From contig CP064993.1 of NCBI GenBank assembly GCA_016699955.1, forward strand, positions 750,001 to 782,000: 32,000 nucleotides of DNA. Reading direction: 5' to 3'. The stretch comes from Candidatus Saccharimonadota bacterium. GTDB taxonomy: Bacteria; Patescibacteriota; Saccharimonadia; Saccharimonadales; UBA4665. Position 1 is the first letter of the stretch; each line of letters opens with the position of its first letter. Positions 1 through 7,837 of this stretch are shown one piece after another. The notes under the pieces were generated by a model. That model did no database searches and was not told the DNA's origin. It worked only from the letters and a program-made list of their open reading frames with translations. The translations under genes were made by a program, and so were the position numbers.

Positions 1-123
1 CTCCCATGGGGCGGCCGCGCAGACTCGGGTGCGCTTGTTGTTCGGCGGTGGCGAACGCACTGTTGAGGTCAACCCACATAATACTAGGGGCTTCAGTGTT
101 TAGCCGAAAATTTTTCTGATATT

Positions 124-399
124 TCATGTGCTGCCTCCTGGAATGATGGCGGTGAGTGTCCAAGTCAGTGCCTCGGCGTCAAACTCGAGCCGGTAATCAT
201 CGCAGCCGTCGGAAACATCGAACACATGAATCATGCGCTTCCCCTTTGCGGTTGGATGGCGCAAGCCGAGCTGCGTAAAGGTAACGTCACGGTTCTTGTA
301 GCGCATTTTGTAAGGCTGCGCGATTGAACTTGGTTCGGTGTGGACGTGAAATAAGATGACAACGCTAACACGCTCGTCGCAAATAATAGTGGGGTTCAT
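124..399 (-). CDS. hypothetical small protein (91 aa), paralog of the 607-858 product
   Basis: ORF track. Last gene of a same-strand run of three small ORFs. Similar along its full length to the 607-858 product (shared R-x-VTF, GLR, FD-x-S, YR and W-x-L positions). No family recognised and no clear SD. Confidence 0.55.
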   Translation of the reverse strand: MNPTIICDERVSVVILFHVHTEPSSIAQPYKMRYKNRDVTFTQLGLRHPTAKGKRMIHVFDVSDGCDDYRLEFDAEALTWTLTAIIPGGST

Positions 400-420
400 G
401 AGGTGTGTTGCCTAGTGGGT

Positions 421-606
421 TTATGAGGTCCAGCGTAGGCTTTCTCCCCAGTGTTTGATTGGCCGTTTGGCGCGGAATACATCGCCAATAATACGACGGT
501 GAGGCGGGCTGAGATCAAATGGCGTTCGCAGTGTGACGGCTTGTGCTCCCGGGAAATAACGCTGTATCTGCCCGATATCCTCAGTGAGGTACTGCCTATT
601 TTTCAT
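421..606 (-). CDS. hypothetical small protein (61 aa)
   Basis: Its ATG (604-606) directly abuts the TAA (607-609) of the upstream ORF, which suggests translational coupling. No family recognised. The antisense ORF 451-699 is the competing reading. Confidence 0.4.
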   Translation of the reverse strand: MKNRQYLTEDIGQIQRYFPGAQAVTLRTPFDLSPPHRRIIGDVFRAKRPIKHWGESLRWTS

Positions 607-858
607 TTAAAAAGCTCCTTTCCGGCCGAGCAACATCCATCTGTCACCGCTTCGACTGATTCGGTAGGTATGGCCGTCCTCAGTGCTCATGTCGAATAGC
701 TGGATTGCTTCTTGCCCGCGTTGGACAAGGTAGCGTAGGCCGTTCATAAACGTCACAGCCCTGCCACCGTATTCAATCTCGCGCGGGAATGTTTTCATTG
801 TCTGGCCGGCAAAATAGAGGGCATTTATAGTAACTTCTTGGTTGATAACTTGGGTCAT
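607..858 (-). CDS. hypothetical small protein (83 aa), paralog of the 124-399 product
   Basis: Internal ATG of the 607-1104 track ORF, with GGAGGA (plus-strand 868-873) 9-10 nt upstream. The longer N-terminal extension would read through a terminator-like hairpin. Confidence 0.6.
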   Translation of the reverse strand: MTQVINQEVTINALYFAGQTMKTFPREIEYGGRAVTFMNGLRYLVQRGQEAIQLFDMSTEDGHTYRISRSGDRWMLLGRKGAF

Positions 859-910
859 GGCTGACTTTCCTCCATTACATTTCATTAATTTTTGTCGATA
901 AAGCTTTAGA

Positions 911-946
911 ACGACAAAAAGCCGAAGTCGTAATAACTCTTTCGGC
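911..946 (-). terminator. candidate intrinsic terminator or attenuator hairpin (minus strand)
   Basis: Minus-strand GCCGAA(A)G ... (C)TTCGGC stem (921-927 / 940-946) is followed by TTTTTG (915-920). The stem is only 6-7 bp and the loop is about 12 nt, so this is a moderate candidate. Confidence 0.4.
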
Positions 947-1227
947 AACGGGTTTTGTTGGTAGGTGCCTGTCACGCTCGCGACCGTTTCACGCGGGGTG
1001 GGTATAAGGAACCTGTTTTGAGTAATGAAGGCGCACAGTGACCGAAGTGTGATTGCCTGAAATATAGTCTGCGAGGTAAAAACCTTAAACAGGTCAGTCC
1101 TCACATGGCTGGATTACTTAATATACGCTTGTGTTTACGACTTGCATAGTGTCGTTTTAACCACAAGACAGCATAGGCAGGCGGTTTCGCCCACGCAAGG
1201 TCGCCAATTGCTCTTCAAATTCTGATC

Positions 1228-1647
1228 TTAGGTCGTTGCCGGTTCGAGTTTACTCAGAAACTCTACCAGTTGATGGGGAGTTATTTCTGCTTTGACAAGG
1301 TAGCCGTCGGCCTGGTGCTCGATATCGGCACGGACGTCATCGCGCTGTTCGAGGTTCGTCGTAATGATTATTTTTGCATGCATCTTGGGCGTCTGACGAG
1401 GGTCACGCAAGGTGCGCAGAACCTCGATGCCGGTAATACTGGGCACCATAAGGTCAAGCAAGATAATATCGTATGCGTCTGTTTGGGCGGCCGCTAAGCC
1501 GTTTTGGCCATCGAGCTGAACATCGACTTCGTAACCGGCTTTGGTCAGAGCTCGGGCGTAGAGCTCACTAATAAAATGTTCATCCTCAACGCAGAGGACT
1601 TTTCGAAGCGTTGGGGTTGGAGTGGGAATGGGTGTGTCTGGTTGCAT
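1228..1647 (-). CDS. stand-alone response regulator receiver (CheY-like REC) protein
   Basis: REC signature: VEDE acidic pair, phospho-acceptor context IILLDLMVP, conserved K in YLVKAE. No output domain. AAGGAA SD upstream; 8 nt after the kinase stop. Confidence 0.9.
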   Translation of the reverse strand: MQPDTPIPTPTPTLRKVLCVEDEHFISELYARALTKAGYEVDVQLDGQNGLAAAQTDAYDIILLDLMVPSITGIEVLRTLRDPRQTPKMHAKIIITTNLEQRDDVRADIEHQADGYLVKAEITPHQLVEFLSKLEPATT

Positions 1648-1655
1648 AGTTTCCT

Positions 1656-3191
1656 TTATTCGCGGTAGAGCGAGTGATTTTTTATCCAGCCGTGGGCTCC
1701 GCGGGTGATGCCATTAGTATTGCCTGTTTTGCCCTGTTCTGCAAGTTTGGTGTATGGCAAGACGGTGAATGTAAATGTGCTTCCCTCGTCAACTTTGCTA
1801 TTGACCGATATTTGCCCGCCGTGTGCCTGCACAATAGCTCGACTCAGGTAGAGGCCTAGACCTGTGCCACCTATCTGAGCGCGGTTACGGTGGTTGCGGT
1901 AAAATTTATCGAAAATATGTGGCAAGATTGAAGAATCTATACCAAGGCCAAAATCTTTTACGCTGGTCTCGACAAGACCATTTGCGTTGAGGCTGGCGGA
2001 GAGGTGTACTTCTTTAGTCCCACGGGAGTATTTGATGGCGTTGTCGAGCAAGTTTGCAACGACTTCATATATGCTGTATCGATCAACTCCCACAGCCGGC
2101 AAGTTGCGTGCCACGGTAGCTTTTATGGTCACGCCTCGAACGCTTGCCCGCAGGCGTAGGTCGTTCACTACTGTGCGCAAAACGTCGTCCCACTCCTCTT
2201 GCTTTAGCTGGAGCGTGAGCTGGTTATCTTCTATTTTTGCAACATTCAAAATGTTGTCAACAAACGCAGCAAGTTGCTGAGCGGCGGCATCCATCTTTTT
2301 CATAAAGCCTTGCATTTCGGCGTTTAGGTTTGGGCCGAGTTCTTCGTCAAAAACCTCAATGTACCCGCGAAGTAAAGTAAGCGGAGTGCGTAGCTCATGC
2401 ACGCTCAGTGCCACGAAGCTCATTGCTTGGTCATCTTGGCTGTAGACTTCGGTATGGTCAAACATAATGAGAAGCGTTTCGTAGCCCATGGGGTTCTCTT
2501 TGTTAAAATGGGCCGCTAGATCAAACTGCTTGCCGTTTTGCTGCCCAGGCAGGCCTATGCGTACGCGTTCCCAGCGCATATTGCCGGTAATACTTGATTG
2601 CCGAACGTTCTGTAGCCAGCTGTGTAATGTCTGGTCGTCCGAAAACGACATGTCGAGCGCGGTGTAGATATTTTTGCCCTCCATCTCATCAATCGGCAGG
2701 GCCAAATACCGGATGGCTGTTTCGTTTGCGTAAACAATGGCGTCGTCTTTGTCGAGGACAAGCAGTGGCAGCGGTAAAGAATTGGCAAGAAAGTTTGCAT
2801 GCATGTCTTGTATTTTTTTTGAGGTAGTTTTTTCGACATCCGTGATGACGCTGGCCATCTGATAAACGTGGTTTATCAGACTTGACACGAGCTCTCTGCC
2901 GTAGTGCAGTTTTTCAATTTGGGGTGCGTGTTGTGACTCGCCGTGAGGAGCAACGTGCAAAATTGCTTGCCATAGTGCTTTCAATGGTTCGCTGCTCGTA
3001 GTAGTAATGAAATGGGTAAACAGCAGACCTCCGCCTAGCGAGCACAAAACCATACCCATAGAGACAACAAGCGGTTCCATCTCCTGTGAGTACAACATCC
3101 AGCCTATTCCAAGTACAAATGCCTGGAGCACAATGACATAGCCGAGGACTCGGAGGGTGAGTTGGTGTCGGTATTTGCTATAAAAATCCAT
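1656..3191 (-). CDS. sensor histidine kinase (2 TM, PAS-like region, HisKA, HATPase_c)
   Basis: H-box SVHELRTPLT, N-box LLDNAIKYS, G-boxes DFGLGI and GGTGLGLYLSRAIV. Start set at ATG 3191. The track's GTG at 3221 would overlap the upstream gene by 26 nt, so the start is uncertain. Confidence 0.88.
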   Translation of the reverse strand: MDFYSKYRHQLTLRVLGYVIVLQAFVLGIGWMLYSQEMEPLVVSMGMVLCSLGGGLLFTHFITTTSSEPLKALWQAILHVAPHGESQHAPQIEKLHYGRELVSSLINHVYQMASVITDVEKTTSKKIQDMHANFLANSLPLPLLVLDKDDAIVYANETAIRYLALPIDEMEGKNIYTALDMSFSDDQTLHSWLQNVRQSSITGNMRWERVRIGLPGQQNGKQFDLAAHFNKENPMGYETLLIMFDHTEVYSQDDQAMSFVALSVHELRTPLTLLRGYIEVFDEELGPNLNAEMQGFMKKMDAAAQQLAAFVDNILNVAKIEDNQLTLQLKQEEWDDVLRTVVNDLRLRASVRGVTIKATVARNLPAVGVDRYSIYEVVANLLDNAIKYSRGTKEVHLSASLNANGLVETSVKDFGLGIDSSILPHIFDKFYRNHRNRAQIGGTGLGLYLSRAIVQAHGGQISVNSKVDEGSTFTFTVLPYTKLAEQGKTGNTNGITRGAHGWIKNHSLYRE

Positions 3192-3195
3192 AAGC

Positions 3196-4551
3196 CTACT
3201 GGTATGATAGTCTGTCGGCACCGCTAAGGGCGGTTAGCCATGTTTGGCCGGCGTTCAGGGCTATATCTGCACCAGCCGCATCAGTCAGCCTGAGTGGTGA
3301 GGCAGTTTCAGTCTTGCTCCACGAGGCTTGTATTACGGTGCCATCTTGGAATACAACGGCCTGTCCGCTGCCAGTAACGCCGTACTGGGAGTGCTTATCT
3401 GCGGCTACACCGTAGTTGGTTATAAGAGCGACAACAACTTTAGACTTGATTTGCGTTTGAGTACCGGCGGCGTCTATCGTCGTATGCGCCGCTCCGCCCT
3501 GGGCACGGGCGTAGGAGTTTGTCGCGGGGTCATAGTTAAACTGAGCATTGTAGCTACCACTTGAGGTGTTGAGATTGACAACGTTGGCGGGAGGTCTTGT
3601 CTCTGGTGTTGTGTTTTTCTTTGGCGTTGCCGTGGCAGCTGGGGGTGCTACGTAGGGTTTGTCCTTCTTACGGGTAAAACCGGTCAGTGTTGGCTTGCCG
3701 TACCCTTTTGTGGCCGCGAGCTCTGTCAGTTTCGAGCTACTTGTATATAGATTGTGTGGGGCATAGCGATTAGAAATGCGCCAAAATATACCACGCGTGT
3801 CGGGCAAATCTTTTGTGCCCCATGCCCCAATATTTTGCAAAGCCTCTGGACTGCCCCCAGCGTGGGCATACGCACAATCAAAGCTCATGCACCACTGCAC
3901 ATAGTACGGCCGGGCGCTGCGCACGGGGCCAATGTAGTCGGGCTGCGTGTCTTGGTAGAGAGCGAGGAAACGGGTGATCCCTCCTTCGGCGATTGCTTCA
4001 AAAACAACACCAGCCTGGTCAAGCCCACTTTGTGGCCGAGCATCAGGACTGTTTTCAATCATAACGCCCAAAACTGGACGCTCATTGACGCTTGGATCAA
4101 CTTGTAGGCCGCTAAGGCTGCTGGCCACTGTGGTGATTTTTGGCGCAGGTTTCGGCGGATTTTTGCTCGTATAGACACCGCCTTTGACTGTTGGGCGCGT
4201 GAGCGTGTAGGCGGCAGTAAGCCCACCTCCTATGAGCAAGGCCACAACCAGACCGAGTACAATAGTCCAACGCTTGCTAAGTGTCCAGCGGAACGCAAAA
4301 AAACCAGGAGCCCTCTTTACTTGGGATGTGTTATTTACAGAGGACGACTCAACTTCATTTGGAGTTTCAGGTAAAATGTCGGTGGGAGTTTGCACTGCTC
4401 CAGGCGACTGATCCCCGGCAGTTTCGGTCGCTTCCTGCTCCGCAACCAACTCGTGGATGGAACGAAGGGGCTCTTGCTTAACTGGTTCAACTAGTTTCGG
4501 GGTTTGGCGGCGCAGTGGATCAGCCCCAAGAAAGTTATCAATCATAAGCAT
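3196..4551 (-). CDS. DUF3048 (YerB-like) domain protein with N-terminal tail and one TM
   Basis: Core resembles the DUF3048 family (GVMIENSPDARPQSGL, GGITRFLALY, GPVRSARPYY). TM segment IVLGLVVALLIGGGL. The true start may be the second ATG at 4545 (see promoter feature). Confidence 0.85.
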   Translation of the reverse strand: MLMIDNFLGADPLRRQTPKLVEPVKQEPLRSIHELVAEQEATETAGDQSPGAVQTPTDILPETPNEVESSSVNNTSQVKRAPGFFAFRWTLSKRWTIVLGLVVALLIGGGLTAAYTLTRPTVKGGVYTSKNPPKPAPKITTVASSLSGLQVDPSVNERPVLGVMIENSPDARPQSGLDQAGVVFEAIAEGGITRFLALYQDTQPDYIGPVRSARPYYVQWCMSFDCAYAHAGGSPEALQNIGAWGTKDLPDTRGIFWRISNRYAPHNLYTSSSKLTELAATKGYGKPTLTGFTRKKDKPYVAPPAATATPKKNTTPETRPPANVVNLNTSSGSYNAQFNYDPATNSYARAQGGAAHTTIDAAGTQTQIKSKVVVALITNYGVAADKHSQYGVTGSGQAVVFQDGTVIQASWSKTETASPLRLTDAAGADIALNAGQTWLTALSGADRLSYQ

Positions 4552-4552
4552 T

Positions 4553-4558
4553 ATTGTA
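4553..4558 (-). promoter_or_regulatory. candidate -10 box TACAAT, 7 nt upstream of the second ATG (4545) of the DUF3048 gene
   Basis: Plus-strand attgta at 4553-4558. It lies 1 nt from ATG 4551 and 7 nt from ATG 4545. Fits the recurrent leaderless pattern in this window. Confidence 0.4.
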
Positions 4559-4651
4559 GCAATGTTAGGGGCTATCTACCACCATATTCAGTATAAATAA
4601 TTTGTAGTTTGGGCGGTTTATGCTATTTTTATCTTATAAAGGTTGGAGCAG

Positions 4652-5074
4652 ATGTCGGAGCAAGATAGGTCGCTTACACTATATCCCAGTCAGTTAGTGC
4701 CAACAAAGGGGTCTACTCTTATCCGTGTAGCCGTGGAAGCTCCCCTAGATTCAGAGTGTACTAATGAAGTTCTTAAGCAACTTCAGTTTAAGTTTGGTCA
4801 GAGAGCGGTGCAAGCTTATCAGTCGTCGGGGCATACCAATGGTGAGGATGACCCCTCTTCGCCGCGCACGGTATTCCAGCTAGACCCTGCTAGAATGCCT
4901 CGGGACGGGGAAAACGTATCACCTAGTCCGGATAAGCTTACCGGTGCTTTAGTGGCTGAAGTTAGGAGTGGGGCTTGCCTGTACCTCCTTGTGCTCCCAG
5001 AAAAAGTTGTTGTTAGGGATCGTACCCTGACGCATATTAGTCAAAGCAGAGCACTCGATTCGGTTACCCTGTAG
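4652..5074 (+). CDS. hypothetical protein (140 aa), orphan
   Basis: A 143-codon open frame with no competing ORF. GGAG lies just upstream of ATG 4652 and TATAAA further upstream. The track's alternative start is TTG 4643. Codon choice looks atypical for the window (cta, tta, agg, aga, TAG stop). No family recognised. Confidence 0.45.
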   Translation: MSEQDRSLTLYPSQLVPTKGSTLIRVAVEAPLDSECTNEVLKQLQFKFGQRAVQAYQSSGHTNGEDDPSSPRTVFQLDPARMPRDGENVSPSPDKLTGALVAEVRSGACLYLLVLPEKVVVRDRTLTHISQSRALDSVTL

Positions 5075-5088
5075 TCATGGAATTGATA

Positions 5089-6516
5089 TTAATTTTGCTG
5101 GGGTTTCAGGCGGGTGATGGTTTTATCTTTGCCGAGGAGAGCGAGGGTAGCGTCGAGTGCTGGGCTAAAGGGCGCCCAGGTAGTGTATATACGTATGAGG
5201 CTAAAAAGGGTGCCTGGATTTTGGCCGGTTTCTTCTAGTAGCTCGTTCAGAGCGGTTAGAATATGCTCGGCGTCCCACTGCTCTACCCCTTGCAGTTTGT
5301 CGCGGGCAGCGGCCATAAGGGCGTTTATTTCACTTGGCTGTAGTTTTTTTAGCTGTTTGTTCTCTGTTATGAGTGCGCGGTTTTCAGTTGGTTCACTAAA
5401 AAAGTATCGTGTCATCATGGGTAATTCGGCGAGGGTTTTTAGGCGATCTTGAACAAGCGCGAGTACCTGCTTTTTATGCAGCTCGTTGGCGTCGCCCGCT
5501 TCGGCTGGCCAGTATGGTGCAGTTCGGGCATAGAGGTCATCTAATGTTAGGCGACGAATCCACTGCCCGTTCATCCAGAGAAGTCTGGTTTCATCGAAAC
5601 TGGCTCCGCTTTTCTGAACACGGCCTAGGCTAAATTTTTGTATAAGCTCTTCGCGGGTGAATATTTCTTGCTCGGTACCATCGTTCCACCCAAGACTGGC
5701 CAGGAAATTTAGCATGGCTTCAGGTAAAATGCCATCGGTACGATAATCAGTGACGCTTTTGGCACCGTCACGTTTGCCGAGTTTTTTCTTGCCGTCCGGA
5801 GCCAGTATGTGTGGCAGGCACGCAAGTATGGGTACTTCAAGTTCGAGTGCTGCGTAAAGGCTGAGGTAACGAGGAGTAGAGCTTATGTACTCAAGGCCGC
5901 GTATGACGTGGGTGATGCCCATTTCAGCATCATCTACGATATGGGCGAAATTGTAGGTTGGCAGGCCGTCGGCTTTGATAAGTACAAAATCGTCGAGTGC
6001 TTCGGGGCCGGCGGTGAGCTCACCCATAACCGGATCGTGCCAGGTGTAGCGTTTCACGTCTGTCACCTTGAAGCGTAGTGGTTGCGTGCCGTCCCAAACG
6101 GGTGGGTTTTCAGGACGGTGGTCACGGAATAGGAAAGCTCGCTTGGCAGCTTTGGCCTCCTCGCGGAAGGCCTGGACTTGTTCTGGGGTATACGGATCGG
6201 CGTAGGCCAGGCCTTTGTCTATAAGTTTCTGTGCCCAGGCGCGGTACGTGTCGCGCCGTTCGGTCTGAAAATACGGGCCGTGCTCTCCGCCAACACGGGG
6301 GCCTTCGTCCCAGGTGAGACCCAACCAGGTTAGTGTGTCGAGGATGAGATCGGTCGCACCCGCAACAAACCGTGCTTGGTCGGTATCTTCGATGCGTAAA
6401 ATAAATGTGCCTGTTTGCTGGCGTGCTAAAAGCCAGGGGAATAATGCCGCCCTGACATTACCAACGTGGATGTATCCGGTGGGGCTTGGTGCAAAACGTG
6501 TACGGACAGTTGTCAT
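5089..6516 (-). CDS. gltX: glutamate--tRNA ligase (GluRS)
   Basis: Class I aaRS HIGH-type motif (SPTGYIHVGN) and KMSKS-type motif (KLGKRDG). Full-length GluRS-like sequence. Confidence 0.95.
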   Translation of the reverse strand: MTTVRTRFAPSPTGYIHVGNVRAALFPWLLARQQTGTFILRIEDTDQARFVAGATDLILDTLTWLGLTWDEGPRVGGEHGPYFQTERRDTYRAWAQKLIDKGLAYADPYTPEQVQAFREEAKAAKRAFLFRDHRPENPPVWDGTQPLRFKVTDVKRYTWHDPVMGELTAGPEALDDFVLIKADGLPTYNFAHIVDDAEMGITHVIRGLEYISSTPRYLSLYAALELEVPILACLPHILAPDGKKKLGKRDGAKSVTDYRTDGILPEAMLNFLASLGWNDGTEQEIFTREELIQKFSLGRVQKSGASFDETRLLWMNGQWIRRLTLDDLYARTAPYWPAEAGDANELHKKQVLALVQDRLKTLAELPMMTRYFFSEPTENRALITENKQLKKLQPSEINALMAAARDKLQGVEQWDAEHILTALNELLEETGQNPGTLFSLIRIYTTWAPFSPALDATLALLGKDKTITRLKPQQN

Positions 6517-6523
6517 ATCCCTA

Positions 6524-6529
6524 AGTATA
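6524..6529 (-). promoter_or_regulatory. candidate -10 box TATACT, 7 nt upstream of the gltX ATG (leaderless architecture)
   Basis: Plus-strand agtata at 6524-6529. The ATG is at 6514-6516. No SD lies in between. Confidence 0.45.
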
Positions 6530-6552
6530 CAGACTTCAGGGGTAAATTATAA

Positions 6553-6624
6553 CTAAAAGGGCTTGGCTCGCCCGCCTTACGGCTGAACTCGCTAACAGTG
6601 GTGCCTGTACCGGGCTGGGGTTTT
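6553..6624 (+). repeat. intergenic repeat family, copy A (short form)
   Basis: Shares ordered blocks with copies B, C and D: ctaaaagggcttggctcgcccg (6553-6574), ggctgaactcgctaacagtggtg, and tgtaccgggctgggg (6606-6620). Confidence 0.7.
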
Positions 6625-6641
6625 GCTAGGCCAAAGTAATG

Positions 6642-7682
6642 TTAGCTGTTTTTGGCAAGTGCTGCGAGCTGGGCGTCAGAAAATGGTTGTTCACCATGAA
6701 CTTGGTACCATGTACCATGAGTAATCCAGGTAGCGTGGCGGTCACTAAATTTGTATATGGTTCGGCCTTCGGCTTGGACTGTGGTGTAGTTGGGGGCACC
6801 GTTGGCGGCGACTGAAGAAACTTGACGAATCATTTCTTCCCCACTCCAGTTGGTAGTTTGTTCGACCATTTGGTACCGTGCTAGGTCGCTACGAAATGTG
6901 TAGACAAGCCGTGAATCTTTCCCGGACACGCCCTCGTAAGTGAAACCGGCGGCGGCAAAGTTTGGCATGTGAGTTGACACGCCCGCCACAACACCGGCCA
7001 TTTTGACCTGAAGGCTGGGTGTATTACGGAGTGCCAAAAATCCGCCTAAAAATAGTAGCACAGTAACACCGGCGACCATGGTGAGTGCATGTTGACGGGC
7101 TTTTTTCTTGAGGTGTGTTTTATGAGCTGTAATGTCGACGAAGTGGGAGGCATTGGCAATGGCTTGCTCAAATATATCTGGTGGATCGTTGCTGGGGGTT
7201 GGAGGCGGCACAATGAGAGGTTCGTTGGCGGGGAGATCCTGGGGTGGTGTTTGTACCTGAACATGGGTAAACGTGGTTGGGACGACGGCAGGGCTGTGGA
7301 AACGATGGACTTGCTGGTTTTTTTCAGTTGCGGTTGCCCGGTGCAGCCTGGCGGTATCAACATGTGATGCGATGTGCTTAACAACAATACTCTGCTGCTC
7401 ACTGTGGCTGATTTCGTGTTGAACGTGCATTTGTTTTTTTAGTCCTGCACTGGGTTTTTTGACCGCTCGACGAACGAGTGTTTTTGATGACTCGGGATGA
7501 CGATGCTTGGCGTGTGCGGCCGGTTGTCGAGCCTGCTTACTTACCGTGGTAACAGCGATGGGGCTAGGCTTTTTTACGCGTTGAACAACGGGTTTTTCTG
7601 GGGGTGAAGCTATGTCGATGATACGCCGACCCGACACAGCATCGTATAACTTACCGTTTACTTGCACAACCGTTTTCCCCAT
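6642..7682 (-). CDS. bitopic membrane protein: basic N-terminal tail, one TM, C-terminal DUF4367-like domain
   Basis: ORF track. Start set at ATG 7682, which has a purine-rich SD (gagagaaag); the track start is 7730. TM segment VAGVTVLLFLGGFLAL. The C-terminal domain assignment is tentative. Confidence 0.72.
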   Translation of the reverse strand: MGKTVVQVNGKLYDAVSGRRIIDIASPPEKPVVQRVKKPSPIAVTTVSKQARQPAAHAKHRHPESSKTLVRRAVKKPSAGLKKQMHVQHEISHSEQQSIVVKHIASHVDTARLHRATATEKNQQVHRFHSPAVVPTTFTHVQVQTPPQDLPANEPLIVPPPTPSNDPPDIFEQAIANASHFVDITAHKTHLKKKARQHALTMVAGVTVLLFLGGFLALRNTPSLQVKMAGVVAGVSTHMPNFAAAGFTYEGVSGKDSRLVYTFRSDLARYQMVEQTTNWSGEEMIRQVSSVAANGAPNYTTVQAEGRTIYKFSDRHATWITHGTWYQVHGEQPFSDAQLAALAKNS

Positions 7683-7822
7683 ATTGTTTGCTTTCTCTCT
7701 TGTAGCTATCACGCTTTCATGACGTATCATACCGCTTTTGGTTGTGAAAGCGCAAGTGTTTTCAGTTCCTACGGATGCTGATATGTGAGTCGGAGATTGC
7801 GGCGGTTCTTTGGTAAGTCGAG

Positions 7823-7828
7823 TATACT
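7823..7828 (+). promoter_or_regulatory. candidate -10 box TATACT, 9 nt upstream of the PEGA gene ATG
   Basis: tatact at 7823-7828; ATG at 7838; no SD between them. Confidence 0.35.
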
Positions 7829-7837
7829 GTAAACACC

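Noticed and set aside
1-79. Possible minus-strand ORF starting at ATG 77-79 and running off the left edge
   Set aside because: Only 26 codons are visible and there is no SD or -10 box at the usual spacing, so it cannot be evaluated.
451-699. Plus-strand ORF antisense to the small-protein cassette
   Set aside because: It overlaps two coupled minus-strand ORFs, lacks an SD, and is less consistent with the operon structure.
859-1104. N-terminal 82 codons of the 607-1104 (-) track ORF
   Set aside because: The extension crosses a terminator-like hairpin and a strong GGAGGA SD that precedes the internal ATG at 858. Its composition does not look like protein.
7046-7402. ORFs 7046-7402 (-) and 7089-7367 (+), nested in the 6642-7682 gene
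   Set aside because: They are alternative-frame or antisense ORFs inside a longer, better-supported CDS.
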